A DNA stretch of 64,000 nt from Takakia lepidozioides (GCA_030704615.1 CM060732.1:20088001-20152000), one strand, 5' to 3'. Shown: positions 44,301-57,324, numbered from the stretch's first letter. The notes: generated by a model not told the origin, from the sequence alone. Program-made: numbers and translations.

Positions 44301-46714
44301 AGTGATGCAATCAGCCCTATGTCAGTGATAAACACTGCCCTTGTGGGCAGTTCCCTTGGTCTGCAACACGTCGGAAGCCCCTTTTTGTAATGAGATCACG
44401 GTCTAGGTGGGTGGACAGCTCAGATCTGCCATGAACTGCAGGCCCACTAGTTTGATCATTCAGGGTTCATGTCTTCTTGACCTTGCCTCTCTCCATTTGT
44501 CCATCCCTCATCAACCCTTTCTCCCTTTTCACTTTTTCTTTCTCTCACACTCTTTTTCCTTGGTGTGTGGATTCCTCACTTTTTTTACAACAGCATGGCT
44601 ATGATGCAATGCAAATGCACATCCAGCCAGGCATCCAGTGCATCCATCATTGAAGTCAACCTTGGTTACAAGACATGATCTGCCCCTCTGTCGGTCTTCT
44701 CTTTTTCTCTCTCTCTCCAGTGACTGGTCCTTGCACTATCTTTCCCCAAGTGGATCCTATTTGGCCAAGGCTTCACTTCACAACCCTTCTACAGATCTCA
44801 AATCACACACCCTGACAGCTCTCTTTTTTCCTCAAATGCAAACCTCAGTCATTCACATGTTGAGAACACTTCTATAAATCAGATCCAAACCCCAAAACAG
44901 TATTGACTTTTCTTCCCCATCCACGTCATCCCTCTCAGTTCTTCAAATCCGTTTCTGTCTGACCATCCATGTTCTCCTTTATCCACCAAGCTAGTTCTAC
45001 ACTGGCTCCACTGTTTTAACATCCAGGGCTGTTTTGCTTATGCTGGCTGAAGACACTGAAAAAAAGAAAAACACAACAACAGCAACCATTCTGACCCTGA
45101 TGTGAGCTATCCTTGTCCCCTCTTTCTTTTTCCTAATGACAGTGTAACAACAGGTGCATCCATCTCCACCCTATCCTGGTTTGAATTCCAGTGTCTTCAT
45201 TCCATTTTCAAAGGGCTTTTCTACTCCTCACATTTCTGTCCCCTTCAGCAGATACAAGAGACAGTTCCAAAACTTCACAAAGTCATTCCTAAGTGCCCAA
45301 AAAGAGAAGCCAACACTCTTAGAACTTATCTGTCTTATACTCGTGTGAAGCGGTGGTTCTGCCTGCCAAGCTGGCACCTCACCATCGCTGTCATCAGCCA
45401 TATTCAACGCTTCTTCTCATCTTGATTCCAGTTCTCATCATGTCATGACGGCTTGCTTCATCAGCTGGCAACATCCTTGTGCTTGCCAACCTCTACCCTA
45501 TCCTTCTACATGTGTACTTCTGCCCTAAGGATTGATGTGCTCCTACAGCTCTAAGACAGAAGGTAACTACAAGTCTTAATTACAGATAACCCGAGTCGCA
45601 TCCACACCAGCCTGCACTTCTCATTCCCCAACAGCTGTTGCTGCGCTCTATCTCCTCATAACTGTACTCTTCAAGACAATGGCGGCAGCGGTAGTGCACC
45701 GCTCTTAGCACCTGCTCAGCTTTCAAAATTGATTATTACCACGCAGAAAGAGGCACCGCTTCTCTTTGCACAAAATGCCAAGCAGATCCCTTAACGTCGC
45801 GCTTTAAGGCAAGCTGATTCACATGGCGCAGGTGTAAGTTCCCAAGCCAGCCTGCCTGACAACTCCACGGCAGCAGCTGTGAAGAGTTGTCCGTCGTCTT
45901 CCTCCTCGTTTTCCTCAGCTCGAGTTTCTAGGTTAAACATACGCGACGAAAATCATTCATTCCAAGGATGAAAAATGCGCATGTTATGACTTAGCCATAT
46001 TTTGTCCTGGCAGAGCAAGAGCATAGTGTTCCCATGGAATTACCTGTAGGCCTGGGTAATTCCCTCCCGACATTAGTACCAGGCACTCCCTTTTTCATCA
46101 ATGCCGTAATTTGATGCCCAACAACATTTTCAATGTTACTCCCCTGCATTCACACTACACAAACGCATTATGTCATTGTCCTTCAAATAATCCAATACTA
46201 CTTGCTTCACCACCTTCGCGGCCTCTGCGCTTGGATAGTCTTTTTTGTTGACCTGACTATCCCGTTTATGTGCATGTTTACGCTTCATACCTTTACGCCA
46301 TTTCCCTGAGGAACCCCCTGACACTGCGTTCGAAGCAACGTTTCCGGACATGATGAAAGTACTCTGCGGAATAGACGCGGCTTCGTAACGGAAAAAAAAA
46401 CCCAGACTACTGATAACCTTATATACTAATAGACCTATTTCCTCACCCTCTATTGGTATAGTACCCAAAGCAAATTCTCCCGCAGTCCCAGGAAAAAAAG
46501 GCAAAAACTCCTCCCCCACACAAATCCACTTTCTCTCCCTCCCCACGCTCAGTCCTGGCCACCGAAGTTCAAACTCCAAGAAGCCCCAAAACCGCACTCA
46601 CAGAGAGGGAAAAAAGTGGGTTGGGAATGAGGGGTAGGCCCTTATATACTGCCTGGAGAGGCCTGGCGCGCGACCACCTCTGCTGCCCATTCACGCCTTG
46701 CCACGTGTCCAGGG

Positions 46715-47090
46715 AGCGGTCGCACCTAATAACAAAAAAGAAAAAGTCTGTGACCACCACCGGCTGGTGGTCGCACTCATTTAAAAAATAATTAAAAATG
46801 TGCGACCATCCCCTGCTGGTGGTCGCACCTATTTAAAAAAAATGAAAAAGTAGCGACCACCACCTGCTGGTGGTCGCACACAATTTTTTTTTTAAAAAAA
46901 ATGTGCGACCACCCTCTGCTTGTGGTCACACCTATTAAAAAAAATGAAAATGCTGCGACCACCACCTGTTGGTGGTCGCACCCATTTAAAAAATAAGAAA
47001 AAATGTGCGACCACCCCCTTTTGGTGGTCGCATTTTTTTTTTAAAAAAATAATTTTAAATGTCCGACCAACCTTTGCTAACGGTCGCATG
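46715..47090. repeat. Second array of the TGCGACCACC..GGTGGTCGCA hairpin, ~51-bp period
   Basis: Copies at ~46750, 46801, 46853, 46903, 46954 and 47006. A minus-strand TATA-like motif (TATATAAG) lies at ~46641-46649. Confidence 0.9.
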
Positions 47091-47327
47091 ATTGACAATA
47101 TAAATCATAATATATGAATTTTACAGATAATTAATGAAGTCCACGTAATGAGGCCACATCGGTAGCCACGTCGGTTCTCATAGTAAATAGTCAATAGTAA
47201 AGTAAAAAAATAAACATATTTATGTACAGTAACGTCGGTTTAGGACGTGACGTGACGCATGTCCGTCGCTGACGTCGGACGTGACGCTGACGCGTCAACG
47301 CCACGTCACGTCCAAATTTGCAACTAG

Positions 47328-48857
47328 GTCACCCACGGCCACGGGGACGGAGCCTACAAATAGTACTCTCTAGACTTCTGGCCGCCGGGAGACCCGAACT
47401 TCACGATTGGCTCTCTAGCAAGATGCCTCCGCCAACTAGAGAAGCCCTCTTGCCGCGAAAGTCGTAACATCTTTGACCACCCACCTCAGAATTCTTTTTT
47501 CGAATCTCTCATGAAGGGTAAATCGAGGTGTCTCGACGTCCTGAAACCTTTCAACGATAAGGAGAAGAGAAAAAGAAAAGTCCCACTTCCGCGAAGACTC
47601 TACCTACAGTTGGACAACTGCGTGAAGGAAAACAAAAACAGGTGGATGCTGGCTTTTCTGTCGCTCCTAACTGCGAGAGGAGTGTTTGAGGAGATTCAGA
47701 TGGGATTTCTCATGGTTGGCCATACCCATGAGGACATCGACGGATTCTTCAGTTATTTATCGAAGAAGCCGAAGCAAAACAACACCTACGTTCTCTCCGA
47801 TCTTATGAGGTTTTTTATGATCTCTCAAGATCTGCAATTTATTCCTCAAATCATTCAAGAGGTGCCAGATTTCAAGGCGTATGTGGACGGTTGTATTCTC
47901 GATGGAAAATAGGCTTTAATTGGGCAAACTTGCATGTATTTCGATTCTATGTAGATGAAGATGGTTGTCCTGTCATGAAGTTTAAGAAGTTTGCTACTGA
48001 TTCTGAGTGGCTCCCCAAAAAAGGTGCGGTGAAGATGTGGAAGTCGAATCCCGATGGGCCTGTAGCAGTACAACCCAGGGCTGTAAAAAAAACACCAATT
48101 TGAGGTATGGGAGATGACTCATCCGATAAACAGTCTTTTTATCAAAACTTGAATTAAAAAATACAGGGAGTTCTGGAAGAAGGGGATGTTGCTTGACGAT
48201 CATTATCGTGACATCATGATACAGTATGATCAATATTGGGAAGCAATCCTTGCAAAACTTGATCTTCCCATTCCTGGAGAATCACGACATTCAATCGCGC
48301 TTAAAGAGGGTTTTTGGCCCTCAACCAAGTGGGCTGTCAACCACCATAGAGCCGGAATCCATACACCTGCAGAGGATGATCTGTCGGAAGAAGATGAAGC
48401 CGTATTGTGGCCCCCGGCGTGATAGACCGAAGCAGCCTCTAAATCGTTCAAGGACATTGAGAATGGATTATTCGTCTTGGTTCGACCAGTAGATATTGTG
48501 ACGTTTCCAATTTGGATGGGGATGGCAATATCGGATGTGGTCCGCGACAGAGGATCCAGAAATTTTAAGAAGGTTCACGTCAAATGGTGGAGACCCAAGA
48601 AAGGAGGTAGCCCTTCCGATTTGGACTGGTACAAAGATTGTTGGTCCAAAGTTTGGGAGTTCAATCCAGATGATCCCCCTCAGTGGATTCACATTAACTC
48701 TGTCGTTTGGACAATGCCCGCCAGAAAAAACACGACACGTAATAGCTCTAAGAAAATTACCGCGGTGGAGGCGGAGAAAGCACGAGCAAATTTGGATGAG
48801 GCCAATCAACAGTCAGACAATGAAGACAATGCAACCTCGGGCGGAGAACAAGGTTGA
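47328..48857 (+). pseudogene. DUF7869/Sola1-like DDE transposase, 5'-truncated and frameshifted
   Basis: THGHGDGAY..WP.DPNFTIGSLA, LYLQLDNCVKENKNRWMLAFLSLL..GVFEEIQMGFLMVGHTHEDIDGFFS, HVFRFY, GFWP and the C-terminal PIWMG..VKWWRP..CW..VW domain. Confidence 0.75.
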
Positions 48858-49309
48858 CAAGGACATATTGCGGAGGTTCACCTCTCGGCATGTTTTCAAG
48901 AATAAAACTAATGTTTTACCTCCACTCTCCATTTGTTTCTCTTCACGTCTTCAAATATTAATCTACCTTCTTTGCCAGCCACCAGCTTTTTTCCGGACCT
49001 CATCTCTGTAACGTTTCAGGAACCTCGAGTGATCATCCGGAGTTCCTAGTTATCCTGATGTCACTGCTTCCTTCTCTTTGCAGTTCCTCTCTCACATTAT
49101 GAATGGAGGATGCATGAATACAGTGTAGATGAATGCACAATGGATTTGACATGAGGTTGTGGTGTTTGTGGGATGGATTCATGAAGATTGCCAGTTCATT
49201 ATGAGTGGATTCTTTGTTCCATTTTCTTTCTGCAGGAACATCTGCAATAAAGTAGGGGATTTCAATGTTTTACGAAGAGGATGAGAAATGAACATAAAAA
49301 ATGCATAGT

Positions 49310-50118
49310 TCAGTCTGACTCAGAGTCAGTAGAATGTATCCCCGCGTCCTCTGCATCCAAGTCCAAGTATTTTAGAACTCCGGATCTACGATGGCTACAC
49401 CTACGGTCGGGCAATAAAAAGTCAGGGGAGAGAGCCTCGGCCATTTTAAGTGCCATGGCTTCGGCATACACAGGAAGCACAAAAGTGGAAAGGGGGCTGT
49501 CGAAAACAGTCTCGCCACAAATGGGGGTGTCTCCTGAAGATCCATCGTTGCCTTTCCTGCAAGTCACATCAAGAAATACGTTATTACTGTAAATTTGATG
49601 TCTGCGATTGAAAAGGGCACCCAAAGTGGAATGACAATTCCATTGCAGACTTACTCACATGAAAAATCGTTGTGGACCTACTTATCCTCGTGATCCTCAT
49701 CATTTTGGATTTGAATCGTTTCAGTTTGTGTGCCCGATGTAGAGATAGACAAAAGGGGGAGGAGCACAGTCTTGTATAGGTCAGAGTCACCCTCCATGCC
49801 AAAAAAGGATCTTCCGCCTGCCTTGCACGCATGGTAAGTTCCTCCTGCAACAGACAGGAGGACATGAACAGCTTGTAAGGGGGGGATTAACGAAGATGAA
49901 AATGGTGAAAGAAAACCAAATCTGAAGGGAGAACCTGTGGATATCGAGAGGTCGACCACCCGTGCAGAATGGTGGCTGCATGACTCCAGCAGTGTCTGCA
50001 TGAACGTTGGGGTTTTCTCCTTTGCACCTCTCCAGGGAGTGCCATCTGGTTTTTTGAGAGTCTGACTGGGCTGCATGAGGTTGTACAGAATGTCATCGAC
50101 ATGCGGCTCATACGAGGT
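49310..50118 (-). pseudogene. 3' exons of a beta-class N6A/N4C DNA-methyltransferase-like gene (exons ~50118-49935, 49844-49683, ~49588-49310), 5' part missing
   Basis: DDILYN..PWRGAKEKTPTFMQTLLESCSHHSARVVDLSISTG|GTYHACKAGGRSFFGMEGD resembles the N6_N4_Mtase C-terminus K(P)..L..lI...s....VlDpFxGsGtt..Aa...gR.fiG.E.d. Confidence 0.7.
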
Positions 50119-50964
50119 TTACTATTTCATGAGCAGAAACCATGAGCCATGAGCCATGAGCCGCATGAGCCGCATGAGCGGTGAGCCGAAGTCTAAGATA
50201 CGCGGATTTCATGAGCGGACTCCTCCAAATTTGGAAATGCGGCAGATTAAACAAGTATTAAAATAATAGTTTTTTATTTGACCTTGCCGTTTTTGGACGT
50301 TCCAGATCATGTAATGCGGCGAAGATATGTCGTCAGTAACAAGTCCGCTCATGGTTTTTTAGATCCGCTCATGGAAATAAGTGACCGTGCAACGGGAAAT
50401 CCAGTATACCACTGCAAAAGGACGTCGCATACTGGCCTGTATAGAGTATTCCGCGGTTTTACATGCCTTAACATTGGAATGAAGCTGACCCTTTTGCCGC
50501 GATTGAACCAATGGAGTCTGCACCAATACAGTCTGCAGTACTTCACAATTCTGTCTTCTTCGGGTATTCGGCGGGAAAGGTTTGCAACTGAACTGGGAAA
50601 TAGGGTGCCGCATTAGGGTTCGCACGTGCGAAATTTCGGAGCGGTTTGGTGTTGGCGAAGGCCGCCTCTGGGGGTACCTACGACGATACTTGGAAATGCG
50701 GCGCCGCATTTCCTTGTCGGAGGTCGAATGAGGAAAGCAAGTTTTTCGGAAAGCAGAAAAACATGAACCCTCCAACATACAAAAATACATGCACGTGGAA
50801 ACAAGTGAACGATATAGTAATATCTTAGTTCGAGCAAAACAGGTTACTGGTAGGCAAGACATATGTCGGACCTTTCTGTGGCCAGAGTCTGAGGTACTGG
50901 CAGCAGTACAGTTCTACTATCCGAAAAGGATGGGCGTACCATTGTATGGGACCGCAAGCCAAGC

Positions 50965-53900
50965 TCACTGGTCCCCTGGATCCATATTCAGAAGAGTGTG
51001 AACCTCCTGGGGGCTCAACCCTGGTGCATGTATGAAGTGATGAGTTGTGGAATTACAACGGAGTCTCTTTAGGTACACGTAGTACAAATGCTTGCAAGGG
51101 CAGTATGATGCCCCCTTGTTCGCCATGATCTGGAAGTCGGTGCAATTGCAGGTGGGTAATTCTGAAATGGTGATGGTGTACACCTCATTGCGAACAGCTG
51201 AGCCCGCCGTGGCCATCTGATACACACGCCCGAATCCTGGTGGGGGCACTTCTGTCGAGCTCTGGATTGTACAGTTCATCCGAAGTGCATTCCCCATCCT
51301 TGTCTCGTTCACTTTTGAGGGAGGTCGCCGCCTCTTCGGTTTCCCCCAACGGTGTGTAGGATGCTTAGAGCTGTCGTGTCCCATTGTTCTTGCTCTCACA
51401 GGGGTCGGTGGTGGAGGCTGTGGAAGCGGAAATGGTTCTCTGGGGACGTCAGTGCGCTGCACCATCCGAAATCCTGCGGCGGTAAGGGCGTCGGCCTCAA
51501 CCTGACTCAGATCGCAGCCTGGTTCCACCGGCCACACCGGGGGAGCCTCTGGCATTGTTTGTATGCCTTTGGGCTTTCCATACACGCAAGTCATAATGTC
51601 GTGCCTGCAGAACCAGAACTGGGTGGTTGTCGCCTCCGCAAACTTTGCATGGACAAATCTTCCTGTAAAAGTAGGAGCAGGGACAGCCCCATCTGGATTC
51701 CTCCTTATCATCTCTAAACAACGTTGCCGTGTATCCACACGAATTGCGGAACACCTTCCTCGAAACGACGGCTTTGCGAGCAATTCTCCACTGTGAGCAG
51801 ACACAGTCGTCTCACACAATGCTTGGCACTACTGCATAACAGCGGGCAAATCTGGTGGCAAGTGCCGGTGGGTGGGAATTTTTTGGCCACGAATCCCGGT
51901 TGAAGGCACGGTCGATCTTGAATTTCTTGGGCTTCCACTGACTTGCAACCATATTGTGCTGCAACATGACGGGACCTCGATGTTCTGTCCTAAGTTTACC
52001 GTCGGCTCGGATCCAGGAATCCTCTTAGCACCCGGGTTCCCTCTTCAATCCTCCGCCGACAGGCGAGTCGCACTTCCCCCTCTAGGTGTTCACCTCTGCG
52101 GTGCAGAGGGCGTCCTTTGATCGTCTCACTCGCAATGCTGTCGCCATTTTCATTGGATTCTTGGACCCTCCGAAGCTGTTCGTACCAACAATTCCTCCTC
52201 CCTGTCCGGCCCAAAGCCCCATTGTTTCCGCCAGGAACTTGTAGTACGTGGCCTTGCTGCATGATTGCTCGTCGATGTCCTCCGTTGTGGCCCGTCACTA
52301 CGTCCACCCATGGTGCGGCAGAGACCTCGCCCGAGGAGTGGACCGATTCTGCCATATTCGTGTTCGGCATGTCCGTGTTGGAATCCAGCACCGCTCCTAG
52401 AAGACACAAACAATGGTGAGGGACCATCGAAATTCCGTAACATAAAGACAAATGAACGAAATTGACAGCAGCCTACCTCCCGCATGTACTGTCCGAACGG
52501 TCGATAACCGAAAATGCCACCACCCAGCAACCCTGTGCAATGCTCCCAGATTGGTTTGTCTCCACTGCACCTGACGTGTTCCACCAAGCCTCGATGATAG
52601 CAAACTTAACCTCCGCGTCATCAAATGTGGGTGCATCCTTCCACGCCGTACAAAGGACACGGTGTTCAGCTGGAATGAGCTAGCAACAAATTTGGTAGTG
52701 TAGTGGATAGACTCTGTATCCAATGGAATCCACAGGATCTCTCTCTTTCCCCTCCATTGGAACATTGGGGTCCTCACCACACACGCGCCGCACCGCTGCC
52801 CAGTTGCCTGAGCGTTGTCTGCCATGAATCCCCTGAATTGGGCTCTGGGCATCCGCCCTTGCCATCTGCTCGTTTAATTGCCCTCCCACAGATGCATCTC
52901 GGACTGTGTGTCCTCCCCTTTCATCTCGCAGATTGCAATCGTCATGAGCCTCTTGGAGTGATAGTCATAAACATGCGCACCCATAGTCACCCACTGATGG
53001 TTTGTAATTCGCTTGATGTGATCAAACATCACCCAAGCATTCGACAAGTTTCCAGTTGTCATGCGAGTGACCAAGTCGACTCCACTCCAGGCCCACACGT
53101 CGACATTTTGAAAATGTAACAACGATCGGATTTCGCTGCCTTGCCCTGGAAACCTGCTACCTTGGATGTGTCATATCCAGTCATTCGTTTCACCTCCAGG
53201 ATTGAGTACTTCCGAAGTCCGACCCCCTGCCGAACTCCTGCTTGCAAGATACGATGTGATTCCGCACATTCGGACTACAAACGTGCGAGACGGACTCCAA
53301 GAGGTCACGCATCTCGTCTTCGGTCAAGGGCTCTCGATCGGAACCATCTTCAGACATGATTTTGCCAAGAGCAATCTTGTGGGCTGCCTTCAGCTGAATC
53401 TGCTTTGGTCTGGCTCCGGGGCTCAATTTCACCTCATCTTTTATGATGTCTTGTGCTTCCTGCACAGCTCCTCACGCATGTTGCCTCTCGCCAAGGGGTG
53501 GCAGTGGACCCCAACGTGTATGCAAGCTCTAGTCAAGTCCGGGAGCAAATGGATTACGTAATATTGCTTGGCTCTGCACATGGACATGCACGTCGGTGGT
53601 TCTTTGCAATGTGCACAACTTGAAAGAACCCGCAGGAGCTTGGCTGGAGACAATGAATGGATGATGCGTTGTGCCAGTCCAATCCGTCTCTTTTTCTCCG
53701 CCCTCCTTTGGAGAGAAAGTGGAAGCAGGTGGGATTGAGGCACCTCAGCTTCCCCGCACAGAGGACATATCGTACACGAACACCATCAGCAATTTTCGTG
53801 CTACTGGTCTTCGTCACACACCAGGGGTGTCCGTCATGCTTTCGATCCATGTCTGTTAACATCCCGGAGGCTTTCTTTGACGAAGAAACAGGTGGAAACT

Positions 53901-54578
53901 CGAAGATGACATTGCCATCGACTTCGGGAGGCAGAAAAGTTACCTTTCTGACTGGGAATTTGGCATAGTCGAGAGCAGCCAGCTCGGAGCGAGAACCATC
54001 GAGGTGATGTTGTCGTAGGAGCTGCACAATGGACCGGGTTGGAGTTATGCTCGAGGGCACATGCGTAGCACCTACAGAGACGTCCATGCCGGATTTGAAC
54101 GACCGTGTGGAGGACATGGTACCTCAATGCAATCATCTTCCTCGTCGGAAATGTCGAATACGTCCACACGAGAAGCTATGGAGGGTCTTGACGGTCCAGG
54201 TCGGGAATGATTATCGTTGCATACCTCTCTGTTGGCAGTGGCCGCCTCTCGGTTTCCGGACTCCTTTGTGGATGGTGTGGGCAGCGACTGATTCGGAAAG
54301 GGAATGGGCATTCCCACAGCTCGGTACAGGATGGTGTCTGACGGGGGAACGTGCCATTCGATTCCGCAACCTCCGTCGTTACCTAGCACGACAATGGTCT
54401 CGTCAACCTGTCCAGGAACATCCTTCCTTTCTTCTTCCAAATAAACTGTGCCCGGTTTGAGCTTGAATTTGGAACAAAGGTAAGTTTCAGTCACTCTGCA
54501 AAGTCCTCCCTCGTTTGGGATCCAGGCTCTCCCAAGTTGCGGAGGACAGCAAACTATAGCGTAGGAATTCGGAGCCAT
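50965..54578 (-). pseudogene. Mutator-superfamily (MULE) transposase with N-terminal GCM-like Zn domain and C-terminal SWIM finger, several frameshifts
   Basis: HDGHPW..CAGKLRCLNPTC..CAHC..PTC..C..RACIHVGVHCHP (GCM/WRKY-like). WVMFDHIKR..FRGFMADNAQA..CGFHWIQS (MULE D,D and CxFH). PNTNMAESVH (catalytic E). YTITISELPTCNCTDF..CPCKHLYYV (SWIM). Confidence 0.75.
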
Positions 54579-55004
54579 CGAACACCGCACGGAGTTGGCA
54601 AGTGCGAGGTTCAGTATAGCGACAGACCAAGGCTCACAGGCACCATCTAAGTGGATCTGCGGAGTCCATCGACGATTGGAAGTCGCACATTGAAGTGGAA
54701 AGTATTGTTTCAAGCTACATGCATGAAGGTGGGAGGTTTGATTCCATAGCCAGTGAGTATGACAATGATGGCCGATTCGGCGACGAAATAAATCTCCTGA
54801 CAGTTTCTCCTGAGGGTGGATCCAGCAGTATTCTCGGTGCAGACAGGAACGTTCGCACTGACAAGTGCCAGGACTGCTGGTTAAAACGGTCAGACAACCA
54901 AGTTGTGCTCATCAAGACTGGCCGCAATTGTGTTGTTTCGGAACAATGCAACCCATTGAGGTTCCAGATTTCCCGTCCCGAGTGATTCTTTCGATTGCTG
55001 GTGG

Positions 55005-56750
55005 ACGGAAATACGGCGCCGCATTTCCGTATTGCATCTTGGTCATGCACCAGAGCGACGGAAATGCGGCACCGAGTTTCCGTCCGGGGGAAACCTTTAT
55101 ACTCTCCAGAACGGAAATGCGGTAACGCATTTCCATCCAGCAAGCACGGTATGTGAAGGTCGAACGGAAATGCGGTACCGCATTTCCGTTCTGATTGAGA
55201 TTTATGAACAACGGGAACAGAAATGCGGCACCGCATTTCCGTCCGAGTCGCACTTTTCCGACATTTCAGAACGGAAATGCGGCGCCGCATTTCCATTTTG
55301 TATCTGATGCATGGAGCTGAGGGATAGAAATGCTGCAGCACATTTCCGTCCTTAAAAGACATTCATACTCTCCAGAACGGAAATGCGGTACCGCATTTTC
55401 ATTCAACAAGCACGGTATGTGAAGGTGGAACGGAAATGCGGTACCGCATTTCCGTTCTGATTGAGATTTATGAACAACGGGAACAGAAATGCGGCACCGC
55501 ATTTCCGTCCGAGTCGCACTTTCCGACATTCCAGAACGGAAATGCGGCGCCGCATTTCCATTTTGTATCTGATGCATGGAGCCGAGTGCGATTCCGACAG
55601 CTTCATACAGCGCAATTCCGACCGCTTGAGACATTCATACTATCCAGAACGGAAATGCGGCACCGCATTTCCGTTCTGACTGAAATCGTGAACCATCTGA
55701 ACTGAAATGCGGCACCGTATTTCCATCCGAGTCGCACCTACCACATTCCAGAACGGAAATGCGGTACCGCATTTCCGTTCTGACTGAAAATCGTGAACCA
55801 TCGGAACTGAAATGCGGCAGCGCATTTCCATCCGAGTCGCACCTCCCAACATTCCAGAACGGAATGTATTAGATTCAAAAGGAAATGCGGCACCGCATTT
55901 CCGTTCTGATGAAATATCCTGAAACATCGGAACTGAAATGCGGTACCGCATTTCCGTCGGAGTCGCACCTTCCGACATTCCAAAACGGAAATGCGGCGCC
56001 GCATTTCCGTTTTGTATGTGAGGCATGGAGCTGTGGAACGAAAATGCGGCACAGCATTTCCGCCAGCGTCAGACGTTAATACTCTACAGAACGGAAATGC
56101 GGTACCGCATTTCCGTTCTGACTGAAAATCGTGCGCAACGGGAACAGAAATGCGGGCACCGCATTTCCGTTCGAGTCGCACCTTCCGACATTCTAGAACG
56201 GAAATGCGGCGCCGCATTTCCGTTTTGTATATTGGGCCTGGAGCTGTGCTACGGAAATGTGTTGCCGCATTTCCATCCATGTGAGACCTTCAAACTTTCC
56301 AGACCGGAAATGCGGCACCGCATTTCTGTCCAGGTGAGACCTCTATACTTTCCCGAACGGAAATGTGGCACGGCATTTCCATTCATCAACTAACGTATGT
56401 GAAGTGGGAACGGAAATGCGGTACCGCATTTCCGTTCACATTGAAAATCATGAACCACGGGAACTGAAATGTTGTGCCTCATTCCCGTCCCAATCGCACC
56501 TTTCGACATTCCAGAACGGAAATGCGGCGCCGCATTTCCCTTTTGAATCTCATACATGGAGCTGTGGGACGGAAATGCGGCACCGTATTTCCGTTCAACA
56601 ACTAAGGTATGTGAAGGTGGAACGGAAATGCGGTGCCGCATTTTCTTCCAACAAGTACGGATGTGTAGCTTGTGATGGTACTTAACGGAAATGCGGCGCC
56701 GCATTCGCATTTTCGCTCCAACTCATCAGACGCTGGGACGGAAATGCCTT
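55005..56750. repeat. Phased array of ~30 copies of the 22-bp palindrome GGAAATGCGG(YR)CCGCATTTCC, 53-bp period, with five recurring spacer classes
   Basis: Starts at about 55007, 55060, 55112, 55166, 55219, 55273, 55327, 55379, 55432, 55485, 55538 ... 56518, 56571, 56623, 56686. Confidence 0.95.
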
Positions 56751-57324
56751 GAAATGTGAACACGTGGAGCAACGGAATTGCTGCACATGTCGGCACTCTA
56801 TCTGACTGAAGGGGCATGAGGCGGCGCGGCCTGACCGTTGGATAATGATGTTTGTTTTTCGGACGGCAGGCGTACCCTGAACGATTCGAATTTCGTAATG
56901 ACGCAAACTCCACGAGGAGACACTTTCGTCCAACCCTTTCGAACCCAAGTGGTGCATCACCGCCGTTTCATCTACTTTTGTCGTGTCTCCTCAGTCACCC
57001 CTCTCGCGCCCTTTCCATCTGCACTCTTTGCCCCTTTTCCCTCTCTCTGTTCTTCTTATGCTCGAACCTGAGAGGGGGGAGTTCGTGCACCAGACAGGAG
57101 ACCTCGTCGCAAGCTCCGGAAATTATACTTCGGACGTAGGCCAATGCCGAAGGGGAGGAAGCAGATGCGTCTACAGGAGGAGATTGCCATCTCCGAGCAG
57201 CAGGCCACTCAGGCAACCCAGCCACCAGTGAGAGCTCCATGCGATCGGGCTGCGCGCAGCTGATCGAGCACCGAACCCCCCATTTTGCTTCTGTAATTCT
57301 TAGACTGAATGCTAGGAGACTTGA

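Noticed and set aside
43554-44390. 278-aa plus-strand ORF
   Set aside because: Antisense shadow of the minus-strand kinase-associated gene. Similar shadow ORFs occur over OEP40 and the ParB-MTase gene.
44400-46360. Additional minus-strand gene upstream of the kinase
   Set aside because: Short protein-like pieces (e.g. MSGNVASN... at 46351) are interrupted by many stops, so no model or family could be supported.
55005-56750. CRISPR array
   Set aside because: Repeat-spacer geometry is CRISPR-like, but spacers recur in classes, no cas genes are present and the context is a spliced eukaryotic locus.
54715-56960. Many overlapping ORFs (EMRCRISV / RKCGTAFP / GNAVPHF)
   Set aside because: They are translations of the palindrome array in all six frames. 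The same applies to 62264-63039.
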